Below are positions 24,494-37,781 of a stretch of 64,000 nucleotides of DNA, piece by piece. Position numbers and translations under genes: made by a program. The notes beneath the pieces were generated by a model. The model saw only the letters and a program-made list of their open reading frames with translations. It searched no databases and had not been told where the DNA came from. Each line of letters opens with the position of its first letter. Within the stretch, counting starts at the first letter, position 1. This stretch comes from Ophelia neglecta (taxonomy: Eukaryota), in the NCBI GenBank assembly GCA_965285935.1, contig OZ260661.1:47244001-47308000 (forward strand), in the 5' to 3' direction.

Positions 24494-27400
24494 ATGAACA
24501 TGTTTTCTATACGAAAATGGATGTTTCGGCCTAAGGTAAAGTATGTGGTCAGGTGGATTCAGTGAATCTTGGCTTGATCTGTTATTTTCTGTTTCCCATT
24601 CACGTCACCTGCTAGTGACAAATAGTATCATATACAGTCAGAAGTCATGATTTTCCAAATCATTTATCGTAAGAAAGTGATAAAGTAGAGCCTTTGATCA
24701 AGCTTCGCTATAAGAAATATCAAGGCCTACAACATGAGAGTCCGAGACCTAAAATATCTAGAATATTTATAACTCTGGGTCCATTTCTAATGTTATATAA
24801 GTTGGCTATGTAACATTGGGACCTCAGAGCTATGAAGCAAGCCATTTACTCCCTGTGGTTAAAGCCGAACTATGTCCGCTTAACAAAAAGGCACTATTTT
24901 TCCATTTGCTATCTTGTTTTTAGGTTTAAACATGAACAAATAAGCAATCAATTCATCATAGTCTATTCAGTTTTAAAAATTTATATCTGTCTACAAAAAG
25001 AGATTCTTGACCGACTTTGAAATCTTGATGCAGTTTTAGATATGACGGGTCTGTTCAAAATACTCTTTAAATGACGTAGGTGAATGCGAGACCACTCAAA
25101 CATACCAGCGTTATACAAATATTATGGAAAGTGCCAGTGGTCGTGCTGTTAGCTTGAGGTGTTCCATACCTGAAATGTTTGATTATTCAAAGTCTGTGAA
25201 AAAACTTGACGATACGATTCTTTATTCGTCCAAATTAGCATGTAATCACAATAATAGCACCGGAATAATAGTGCCTTTTAGGTATGTGGAAAAAGTTCAA
25301 CTATCGCCACAGGAAGTAGATGGCTCACATCATTGCTCTGTGGTCCCGTGCCAACCAATATAACATTAAAAATGGACCTAGTGCTATAAAACTTAGCTGG
25401 AAAATTTGCACCCTAAAGCAATGATAGGCCTATCCATTTTCATAAATATTATAAAAAAAACCTGTGCCTTTCTATTCTGACAAGTGCACCAGAACTCCTG
25501 CAACTTCATGTGCCTAGTGTCATATTGTGGTGCGGACAGCAACCATTGCAACTTTACCCTTTTGTCCTCCAGTAAAACCAACTATTCATTCTACTAAACA
25601 TTTAGTATAATTTAATACCATATTTGATATCTGCTTATTATCTTAAGTGGAATAATGTGTTTCTATTGGATCCTTTTAGCCAAAAATACACCTAAAATTG
25701 GAACTCATTCTTTTATAGTTAGCTCCCAAATTTAAGTTTGACAGTGTTTGTAGGCCTTTTTGTGCATGTTATTCATCTCTCTCTATATATATAAGCAGAT
25801 GAGAACAACCATGGAGTATATTTGAAATTGGCAAAGTATCCCTGATACTTTTAAGGCTATTCTGAAAAATGCAGACTACCCTGGTTTCCAATCCACTAAT
25901 CTCTTTTACTAACCACTGCCATTCTCTCAGCATGAGTTACCTCCTGCTTTCCATGTTCATTTGTATTTTGACCAATCAAAGACAATTCTGTGTTTTCCTT
26001 CATACATACACTGCTGCCATGTTTATCAACAATAGAATCTAGTGACCCTGGCAAGATACCAGGATCTAGCATGCAAATCCAATGAAAACCTGGCATTTTG
26101 TGACCAAATAATAAATTGTACTGTATCACTGTATATGATGTAATTACAATGCAAAGGCAGAGTGTCAGTAAGGAAACCCTTAAAATGTGTACAGGGTAGT
26201 ATGATTAGAATCAAATTTGCCAGAAGCTACTGCTACTGCCTTTGAATACAAAAAATCCAACAACCTACTTTTGTCCCAACTCATTTCAGGGTTCTGAGAT
26301 ATCCTGTTATTAACAAGTTGATTGAGTTAACTCTCAATTCTGTGTTCAGTTCTCCAACGTAGCTTATTACTGTATAGAAGATCCAACATCATTGGCACCG
26401 TGTTGTGAATGCTACATGTAAATGAAATCTTTGTGTATTTTTTGGTCAAATTAGTCAGCAATGTTTTTGGATTATTTGGTAGGCTCTCAATCTGTTAAAT
26501 TCATTCTGGTACACTGATATAAACTGGAATGTGGGGGCTTATTGATTAATCAATATTTAAAACAAATACAATGCTATCAAGAAGTGTAACTGCATTACTG
26601 TAACAGTTATTAAATTGTCCCATTTTTCTATATCAACTAACAAGGAAATAAGCAGTTCATTAACAGCAGGTTATCAGCATTATCCAGTGGGTAAAGGGTA
26701 AACTAATGATGCCATTATTTGTTTGCATGGAATCGGTGCATTGAAGTATGTTTTGAGGGAAACTAGCTTGCCTTGAGACATTAGGAACCAACAACCAAGT
26801 ACATGTACTCTCATTGTAAATCTTTGGTAGCACATCACTTCAGCTTACAATTTAGATGATTTAGTCAAGGAAGCTACTTTGAGAGTGTTACTCATAAATT
26901 TGATGATAAAAAGCAAATACCTTGTCCTATGAAACCAAAGGTTTTTTTTAGCTAGTTATCAGTATTGAAACAGCAAATGAGGTTAACACAGGGCCATAAC
27001 TTGCTGTGAATATTGGACATATTTTTTTCAATTTCATTTAATTTTGGCCTTGAGGATTTACCATTAAGCATTTTATGTTACTATATAAGACACTGTCTAA
27101 AAACTTATGCTTGTTAGCATAGGGCTTGTAGTGATTTGTTCTTTCTCGCTGGACAAAGAGGAGTGGTTGCTAGGCGAAATCACATAGCACATGACATTGT
27201 GCTGTGTGTTCAGTTATATGGAAATGCATGTATTTAGTATATGCATTCAGAAAGTTCACATCTGCTGCTATCTGAGATCACCAGGATTGACATCTATTTC
27301 CACTCTTTAATGTTAATTGGTGCCATTGTGTACTCACTTTGCCTACCATGTATGCATTTTACAGATTTGGTCAAATGGAATAGACAGTGCCTGAAATATT

Positions 27401-30400
27401 AACAGTATTATTACTTTAAAAATAGTTTATTATATGTGGAAATGTCCATCTATCTGTGAAGTGTTAAAAAGTGTTTAAAAGTTGGGATTTTCCAAAGATA
27501 TTGTGATCCACAATAGATCCCTGTGACAGTCATTGTGGTTGAGTCACATTGCTTCCTTGTGCGTGTGAGGTGTTGAATAAAATGACTCCATTTTAGTGTC
27601 TCACTGGTCAAAAACATGCATGTGTATTTTCATGTGGCACATATCCGCCTTTTGAACATATATGTAGAAAGCACCTTTGGGTAAATTAAGGCGTTCAATT
27701 CAGGTGGTTGACGTGTGGCTTACCTGAAGTTTTTGGCCCCTGTCCAATATGTTTGCAAACCTTTGTTTGCAGTCTTTCTGGCTTGTGGTGAGTCAGTGCC
27801 ACCTCAATTGAACATCACAATTTGTGCTAGTCATTTATATTTTAATTATTTTGAAACTTAGTCTGCATATGACATGAATCTTCATTCTCTTTCATGTTTG
27901 TGTTTTTGGTTATGACCAACAACTGTGTGCAATGGTTTATATAAGCATCTTTATGTAAGACCTAAAACCAACTGATAGTCCCGTAAACACAGACACACAT
28001 ATATATATATATATTATATATATTCATATACCAAACATCATGTCAAAGTCTGTCCCAGGTCAGTACAAATGACTGAACTAAACTGAACTGACTAGCATTA
28101 AAGTTTGGCAGAGAACTAAAAACTTGGCTTATAACAGCCGATAATTAAGTAAACAAAGATGCAAACAAGGCTGAAAATCAGTTTATTGGGCAGCCATGAA
28201 AAGCATACACCTACAAGCAGATTACTCTACTCTCTGTGTACAATTTATACATTTAGAAAAAGTATGGTGTATAGATGAAGATAATATTGTTTTTTAGGGC
28301 ATTTAGATACAATTATTGCGCTAGTGTCCTCTTCCTATTGGGTGGATAGCCTTTCATTATCATCAGGGCTGACTATAATCATATCATGATGGTCGTGTGT
28401 TGATGTGGGTATATTGACAGGTGGATAGCCTAATGGTTTCATCACATCATATATGTATTTTATCTTGTTTCTATTTACCTGCATCGGCTGCTGTGATAGA
28501 TATATTGAAATAAAAAGTTTCATCATGTACAGAAACCTAGCCAGAGATTTAGCAATCTTGTATCATATACTGTGCATGATATTAAATGGCATATTATTTT
28601 TCAATTATCTCATTCTGAACTAACTTGAACTGTTACCAAGAATACACCCATGTTCAGTATTATTGATGCATGGCTTCATATTTAGGTTAGTTATAAATGA
28701 CATCATAAAAGCATTGAACCTTCTCACCAGGAACATTTCCCTTTATATTTATTTTTCTGTGTTGGGAGTTCTATGGCCAATGGCAAATAGAGACACCACC
28801 CAATTCTTGTCTTGTTGGGTGTGTATTTACAATAGGGAGAATAAAAAACTCCAGTTCTGGTTACTAGTCAGTATTTTACTTGTTGATAAAAATTCTTGAC
28901 ATCATGGCCACATTTGGAACAGAAAACTATTAGCGTTAATTGAAGATCTGATCAATGCTGCAAAACAAGGCTATAGCTGTCCTTGTATAAGTTCCTATAT
29001 TGTTATAAAGTGGACAATAAATTGCTTATATTTATTGTAATGACATGATATTCCTTCAATATCAGTAAACAACATAGTATTCAGAGGGGTAGATTTAGTA
29101 TACAAAGGGGGGCGGGGGGGGGGGGGAGGGGAGGAGGGGGTTTTCCTCTTGTCTTGATTGCCAAAAAAGTTTAGGGGCCACTCCACATTCATGCTATAAA
29201 ATAGAAAGGTTGAATCTCTACTTTCTTGCATTGGTCAGTATGGAAATCTGTGGGGTCCTGGTCAAAGAGCAGCATCACTAGTAGGCTCCAACAAAATGAC
29301 AAGATAAACTATGTGTGTTTAGACTTATTTTGAATCTGATTATCTGGGTAGGTGACTACCAATTATATGTCAAGCTTTTAACAGTACATTATAATTACCT
29401 CGCCATGATGCCATGATCTCTTTCAGCACGACCCCACAGGTTTCCCCATTTACCTCAAACTGACATTGTTTCCAAACTTATTTTCAACTTGTATTATGCA
29501 AATAACTATTGAAATAATGTATGCATGTTATAAACCTGAAAAATCCCTTTCATTTGGATTTTGCCTATTTTGTTGAATCTGAGCTCTGCAAAAAGTCCCA
29601 TACAACACAATAATGAACTTCTATGAAAGCTTGTATAAAATTACGTGATGATAAATTACTGGAGGTTTGATGGCAGATTGAATGCCTAAAACTGTTTTTT
29701 AATGCCCCAAGCTGACATTTGCACCTGCCCATGGCCACAACCTTGTGCTTGCTTACTAGAAATAAATACTTGTGTTTGAAACGTGTGTAGGAAAATGCAA
29801 GTAAGCACACAACTGCTTTGTTTATAACATTGTTTAATGAGCTAAATTTATTTACTCTCATGTACAATAAGGTTTATGCAATGCATTTGTCCTTGTTTAT
29901 AAGCCATACTTGTCTGTCTGTAGGAGAGGCTTAAATCTGAAGGGCCAACATTATATGATTAATATCCTCAGATGTCCTTGCTTCACCCCTAGCTGTACTC
30001 AATGGTTCCCATGTCTTGTATTTACTGCAAGCTTTGTATTGAACTGTTGAAGGCATGGCCTGAAATTACAGGCCAGTAGCCAGCTTATTGTAAGGAGGAA
30101 TGGTTGCATCATTGTTTAGAAAGAATCGGTATTTTAATATACCTACTTGCTAGACAGGGGGTAGATGGGGGAAGAGGGGTTTCTGGGTTATGCCCCATTG
30201 AGCATTTTGAAAAACTATGCTTTTAAAATTTGTATCTTAAGATGCATTTATGGGTGATTTTGAAGAAAGTCTTGCAGGCATATATTCAATAGTACCCCTC
30301 CCCCCTGACTCCTGAAAAATTAAACAGTGACAGCTTTCTCCAAGCTACCTACAAAGCTTGCAGGTGATTGCAGTGATTGCAGTTGCCTACAGGCCTGTTG

Positions 30401-33400
30401 TTTCAGAGCATGCCTTCAGTGCACAAAGGGGAAGTTGCAATAATGTTATTTACACAAAAAGACACTATAAAAACTGGAGAAACATGTATAATATATTGAG
30501 TAATAAGACAGGCACTAAAACAATAGACTGGCAGGAGGTCATCACCAGTGACTGAGGCCTTTTCGTTTGTGAAAACAATCTTCGTCAGATTTAATTAGAT
30601 TTTTCATGTACCCCATAGTCCAGACCATGTTTATTGTGTACTGGTATGTTCTGAAACTGAAGCTTTGTGGAATGAATACATGATGCATTTAGTTTGGATA
30701 CTCTTTAATCACACAAATATTTTTAGAGTATTAATGCCACTGAAAGTAAGCTTAAAATTTTGAATCAATACTTATTTTGTTAAGAAAAAATATATTTACA
30801 CAAATAAATGTGTGGGTAAGGTTCTGTCACTGATTGTGTTCCTGGAATCCTGGAAAGCAAGGCACCAAATAGAAAAAATATAGTTATTCGAAAAGGTAAA
30901 GCTCTTTATCATGACATATACTGGCATATTTTTTGAGCTTTGTGTGTAGAAACTAAGCAAAGTTATCTCTTAGACTACATGTACATTTAGGGAGAAAAAG
31001 TATTTATGTAAACAATGAAATGTCTTGTAGAAATGAAAAACTTTTCATGCATGTGAAGAAAAAATCTTGAAGGAAGAATGCAGCCACTTTTGCCACTCTT
31101 TGATATTTAATAGGAAGTATGGTGTACATACTTTGAATCGGATAGCATTTGTTGTGCTATAGTTTATGAACTAATGAAATGCTGATCTCAATGCTATGTG
31201 TGGGGGCCTTTTGCGCTCAGGTTACTGAATGCTCACTAGCTGTTAACATAGTTTGATCAAGTGTCTTTGGTAGGTGCAAGTGTTTTGCCCCAGAGTTATT
31301 GATTCTTTTTATTATCTACTGAATTATATAACGAGATGTCTGTCATGTTTGGTGTATTATTCCATACACTGGTCTTGATGGACTAAGAAGCCCTTGGTGT
31401 TACTGTATAGATCGAAGAAGGAGGACGTCACTTATCACGTGATATTGTTAGTTACTGCTCCAGCTGGAGACAAACAATCAGTGCCGCCATGTTGGGTACA
31501 TGTTAAAGTACACGGTCTTAATATCAGCTCCGATGATTTTGTGTTTGAATCCAGTATTTATGCGTGATTCTGACAGATTTCTACATTTGTGGAAACCGAA
31601 AGCTCTGATTAAGGTGATTATAGCATTGGGCAGTGTTTTCCGCCCTTCTGTAACCACCGAAGCCTGCGAGAGATCTACCGATTTTTTCGGTTTCCTACCT
31701 GTGAGGACAAGCTGAGAGATATTATTTAATGTTAAAAGCTTAATAAATGTAAGTCTATAGGTTTTATGAAATTGAAATTGGGTAGGCACTTTAGATTTAG
31801 TGCATCTTCCTCATGCCACATTTGCATGACTAAGCTTGCGCAATTATTTACAAGAACCCTGGTCAGAAATTCACACATTACCATTGTGACATTGCAATTC
31901 ATTAATTCACTGTCACAAACAATATGACACCCAATTTGCTGAAATAATAAAGCCCCAATAATATTACTTACACATAACATGACTTGTAAAATCCTTATAC
32001 ACCACTAGTACTGGTCCCAATAAAAAAAAAACGTTTAGCGAACAGGCGTAAATATGGGGGATTTAAGATCTTACGCACACGGTACGACAAACTTGCCGTT
32101 ATTTCGTACGAAGTGTCCTTCATGCTGGCTTTGACCCGAGCTGAAATGTGATGCACGCGAACCATTATAGGTAAATCTTTCTAATAGCTCCGACTTGTAC
32201 ACATTATCCCCTTTCTTTATCTGTTTTTCTTCGCCGGCAAAGAACGCTGCTATACACGAAACGCCTATCACCGCCATCTTGAAGAAACTGTGTATACCCA
32301 CAGAAGCCCGTTGTCAGGTCGTCGCCACGCTCTGACGCGCAGCTGACGTCAGAGCTTCTTCGATCTATTGGATTCCCTAATCAATATCATTTGTTGTAGT
32401 TGTTGTTTTGGAAACATGTGCCTTCAACACTACATGACATTATGTACATGTATATAAATGTGTATATTAAGGGAAAATTAAATTCCTGTGAACTTTTTTC
32501 CTGTCTGTTGGTACTTTCAAGTCATGTTATTGGAATAATGTACAGGATGTAATCCTTATATTTTGTTTTTCTTGCAGAAGTCAGATAATTCTATGCTGGC
32601 TCAGTTCTTTTATGCCGATGAAGAGTTGAACTTGATTGCCGCAGAGTTAGACAGTTTTGATGGGAGAAAGGATCCAGAAAGATGTACTTCTCTTGTCAAC
32701 CAGCTGCGAACAAGTCAGGATAAAGTCTTAACCATCATTGAAAAGATAATGAATAAAGTGATACCAGAGCAGCGTGCCAATCGTGACTTCAGAGTCAAGT
32801 TCCCTGATGATGTTCTCCAAGAAAGTCTGGCAGGGCAGCTGTGGTTTGGGGCAGAGGTAAATTATTAGATTAGTTGTGCACTTTTTGCCATTTTCAAGGG
32901 TAGCGTATGGAAAACTTCCATACCCTGCTGTGTAGAGATTCTGTTATAGTAATGAAGTATGAAAGCCCCTAACTTTTTATTGCAAACAAACAAAAATGAT
33001 TTTGGGAAATAAGAAATATATTTTTGACCTTCAAGCAGTCTTTTAGATTCAAATTGATATGTAGGGCATGCAGTTCATATATGAAAAAGCCATCTTTTTT
33101 CATACATATATCACTAAACACCCTTTTTTATGTATTGTTTTTTCAACTTTTTCTCCCTATTCATAAATTGTGCAACTTCATCTTTTCTCATAATTGCATG
33201 GTTCATTTCCCAAATTCATATGGAAGCTCAGGGTGTATTTATAACTGGGTAAAATTCATGCCACATGTTATATATATACCAAAAAGCAGGCCATTAATTA
33301 ATGTGTTTCAAACATTAAAATTTTATTAACTTGCGATGAACCAGTAACACAGATTTGACCTTCTTGTTGGCACTGACTTTATGCAAACACAGTCAGTCTT

Positions 33401-36400
33401 TAAATAAACGTTTGCCTGACTAGTTTTGGTTTTATAACTAAGATATCTTAATATTCACTGGTACAAAAATCTAGGAAATCTATTATATGTGGCTTCACCA
33501 CCATATATAAGCAGAAACTAAAATTGGCAATAAAAAAAGTTTATCATATACAGTAACTGCTAAATTTCATAGTTTTAAATTAAAACTGTGATGTTTACAA
33601 TAATACATGTGGTATTGTTTCTTGGCAGCAACACAGGTGTCAGTTGTTTAGTAATGAAATTCAAAATTAAATTGTTAAAACTGTTACAAATTTACATGCC
33701 TTTATTCCAGTGTTTGGCTGCTGGCTCACTCATTATGAACCGAGAGGTAGAAAGTGCTAGTATGAGGCCATTGGCCAAGTCACTCACTAGACATCTGGAT
33801 GTTCTACGCAGCCTACTCAGGGATCAATGCCTAAGAAACCAAAATGACTACACTGACAATATACTAGAGTCACTGGCAGTCTTTGATAGGCTTTTTGCCG
33901 AGTTTGAGCTAAGGTAAGTAGTATGACAGAAGGTGATCTTATGGTAAATGTAAAAAATGAAGAGTAAATAGATATATTTTTTTCTTTGTATTTTTTAAAT
34001 TGCTGATATATAAATATTAACTAAAGATACCCTTATCAAATGTAAAGTCTGTTTAAGCACCTCTTTTCATGCTTATGACCTTTTTATTCTGTAGCTATGT
34101 TAGTGCTATGGTCCCAGTGAAAACCATGAAGGAGTATGACTTGATGCAGGATGTTGTGGTACTATTCTGTGAAACTTTGGAAAGGTATTGCAACTATTAA
34201 ATTTATGATATTACTCTAAGTGAATTATGAATTTGTTGATCTCTTTGAGTTTTTCCAAGAACGGGTTTTGTATGCGATGCCATGTGATCCCTGCACTACT
34301 AGCACGACTCTAAATCACACCTCTCATTAATTGCCTTTTATCAGAGGTGAAAGGTGTTGCCTAACTTTTATGCTAACTGTTTGAGTTTAGTTACAAACTC
34401 GGAGATACATATTTTCAGGGCTTTGAGGATAGGACTGTTAAAACAGGACCAGTTAGATGACTATGACCCAGCTCTTATGTTCACAATACCTAGATTAGCC
34501 ATAGTGTGGTAGGTATACTCCTCAGAATATATTTATCTCATTTGCCTGTTCATATTGATATTTAAAAGACCTAATTGAAGAAAGTGTTTCTCTGTCAAAA
34601 TTATAACAGAATGAGAAAACAAGTGCAACCTAGTCGTTTTACTGTTATTAGATGAATAACCTTGTAATCTGTGTTCTAGTGGGCTCCTGGTCTTCCCAGA
34701 AGGTCCACTCAATCCTGATATGGACCCCATGAATATGTCGGAAATGTTCCGGCCATTTCAGACACTTCTTTATAAAATAAGGTAATTTTCTCCATGTCCA
34801 CATCCAATTTGATATTAATGTGGACTGTGGAGTATATTCCAGTCACTTTCTGTTTCATACAAGTCAGAATTCTAATTTTTAATCTTATCCCAGGTGTTAT
34901 TAACTTTGTTGCTGTTGTTTTTTGTAGAGAGTTGCTGTGGACCCTGAGCAGACAGGAGCTGTGGCTTCTTGAGAAGTCTCTGTGTAGTACCGAGGAGCCA
35001 GTTCTAGGAGAACGCAGTGTGGAGGATCAGCTAAACTCTATCAATGCAGGCTGCAAAACAAACAACAGATTATCATGTCTTAGTAGCAGCCATGCTGAGG
35101 ATACAGACCCCAGTAAGCTGAGCCAGTCAGGCTCCGAGTACAGCCAGGAGCTGACCGGGTCAGAGCACAGCCAGGAGGGTTGTGACATGAGCCACTCTTT
35201 GTCCTCTATGACTATTGTTGCCAGTACAGGTGGTGGCCCAGACTCAGATACAGACTCAGGGTCAGACATTGAAGCAGGAAGCTCTCTGCCAGGCAAGATG
35301 GCAGACAACAGCTCCAGTTCTAGCCACAGCCACCACGCTAGCAATGACTCTGGCCTATTGAGTGAGCCAGATATCTGTGAGCCAGGACAGTCCACATCAA
35401 ACCCTGTGCCCTCCGGCAGCTGCACTCAGCCAGAACTCACCAGTGTGGAGGCAAGAAGGCTGAGACACTCTCAGTCCTGGCCAGAGCCCACCAGGAGCCT
35501 GCAGAGAAGCAGACAAACCTTGCTGACTGAAGCCCCCATAGCTGAGGCTGAATATACCAGCAGCCTGGAGGTCCTTGACGACATCAGGCTGGAGGGCCGT
35601 TCCAACAGGCGCTGCACTCACAGTACAGGCAGCCAGGAGTTCTTCTTTCATCTGCCACGGAACACAGGCCTAGAGGATAGCACACTTGTCAGTTTACCTG
35701 GCATCACTTCGGATAACACAGAAGAGGACTCTCAGGCAGAGCAAGTTGTCCTCACCAATTCCAGCCCTGTGCGAGAAGATGGTCAAATTTCCTTTGTTAC
35801 TGATGCCCTTAATCAAGTATTTGTGACCGATCCTTCTTTCAAAGGAATGTCTTTGTCCCCATGGGACCAGCAAGCACCCCCATTCAACCACATCAAATTC
35901 GATGGGTGTGAACAGCCTGCTGTTCAGAATGGAAGCAATCCTGATGTTTCTGAAAAGATTAGAGAGCCTGAGGTTCCTAGTGATAGTCCAGAACCTAATA
36001 TGGCTAACACTGTGCACACCAGCCAAGGTGTCCCTTCTAACTGTGATATTTCCCGTGATGGACATTCCTTGGAGGAAACTACTGTGAATGACTCCCCTAA
36101 AGTGAGTAGTAAAAATAGGGCGTCTGTAGACTCAATCAATAATACTTTTGAAGAAAAGGATAATACAGAAACTTTAGAGAAGGAATTGCAGCGTGGTAAA
36201 AAACGCAAATCAAACAGACACAAGATCGTAAATTGCCGTGAAGGGAAGTGTAATGGAGAATGTCTAGATGTGCCAAAACTAAACAAAATGAAATATAACG
36301 AGACCATGAATGCCAACTGTTCTCACAGCCACAGTCCCAGTGTGGAATATGATTGGGACAGAGAAAGGTACTGTGCTGGTCTCTATTTGTTTATAAGTAT

Positions 36401-37781
36401 GTACTGGTAGTAATATTTAATTTTTCAAATGCATTAATGATTTGAGCATTTAAAATCGACAAAGGTCATATCCCAGAGACCTAAACATTTAGGCAACCAG
36501 ACTTATTTTAAAGGTCAATATTTCTTCAGCTATGCAAGCAGTGAGACCAGCTCCTACAATTCTGACAGTCATGATGATGAAGAAATTGCATTAGCAATAC
36601 AAGCGGCTGAGCTTGCAGCCCGGCGGGAGGCCAGAGGAAGATTCAAATCCAGTGCCGATCTTATTCACAGACTCTTTGTCTGCATCTCAGGTAATGTATA
36701 TCTAAATATGGAATTGTTTGTATCTGATGAATGTAGGGTTGTAAACTCCTGGCCTTCAATGTTGTTTAGTGTACCAGGCATTTTAATTATTTAGTTCTCC
36801 TGTAACTAGCTGGAGTTAGAATTAATACCTCTATATGACAATAAACAGGAGTTGCAGATCAGCTGCAGACAAACTATGCGAGCGACTTGCGTCACATCCT
36901 GAAAGCAGTGTTTGATTGTATCTCCTTGGAGAGTCTGGAGAACGAAGAGGAGGGAGAGGAGGAGGAAGCAGACTCGACTGACTCCAGCGGCAGTGAGGAC
37001 TCGGTGGACGATGGCCTCCCCAACGAACACCACAATACTCGCAGCCGTGCCCTTGATGAAGCTGGTAGGTATTCTTAATAACCCCCTGTCATGTTTTAGT
37101 ATAAAAATCTCAGTCCTTACATTTGGGCTACAAAATAAAGATGAATATTACATACCTTTTATTCTATAATTTTTGAAAATTGATTTTTCTGTGTCCCTGT
37201 CACTACATTTTGGACTTCAAGATAGATTGAAGCAACTGAGAAAAAGAGTCTGGATTAGAAAAATTACTATTTTATTTGAAAATTGAACAAAACAAGGCAG
37301 ATATTTAAAGATATAAGATTGACTTAACACAGGGGCAAAATCAAAATTATTATATTATTATATTATTCATATATGAATTCAGAGCCACCAGAATGGATTC
37401 CTGATGGTGAAACCCCATACTGTATGGCGTGTAAAGTGCCATTCACATTTGTCCGCCGGAGACATCACTGTCGTAACTGTGGCAAGGTAGGTTTAAATAA
37501 CTAATTGTAAACTCCCTTATTTGGGTCCTGTATTGATGCACACTGTGTTTCATATATGTTGCAAGAAAAATAGGTTGGTTTCCTCTTTTGAAATTGAATT
37601 ATTAAACCACCCAAGTCCTTTGGCTGGATGATATACTTACATTATTATTGTAATATTTCAGATATTCTGCGGTAAATGCTCTTCCAACTGTGTACCTCTG
37701 CCTCACTATGGCCACTCCAAGCCTGTGCGAGTGTGTAACCATTGTTTTGTATTCCAAGTCACCCCCTTCACTGTGCGGTGA
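24494..37781 (+). CDS. ZFYVE28: Lateral signaling target protein 2 homolog (FYVE-domain protein), 11 coding exons
   Basis: Exons 24494-24535, 32578-32856, 33711-33913, 34095-34184, 34419-34508, 34680-34781, 34928-36367, 36530-36690, 36849-37064, 37383-37486, 37662-37781. [14 protein letters not shown]|[67 protein letters not shown], and the FYVE domain [34 protein letters not shown]. Confidence 0.95.
31407..32368. mobile_element. Non-autonomous DNA transposon with 14-bp terminal inverted repeat (ISL2EU-like) and a decayed ORF remnant
   Basis: ATAGATCGAAGAAG (31407-31420) and CTTCTTCGATCTAT (32355-32368) are perfect inverted repeats whose outer AT may be the TSD. The interior is CpG-rich. The minus strand from 32277 reads [29 protein letters not shown]..., then after a frameshift [17 protein letters not shown]. 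Confidence 0.75.

Noticed and set aside
35027-36316. Several antisense ORFs over ZFYVE28 exon 7 (and similar ones over TTF2 and the nested genes)
   Set aside because: These are shadow frames of real coding sequence with no independent support.
34794-36410. 538-aa ORF as a stand-alone gene
   Set aside because: It is the large low-complexity exon 7 of ZFYVE28 (34928-36367) plus intronic read-through.
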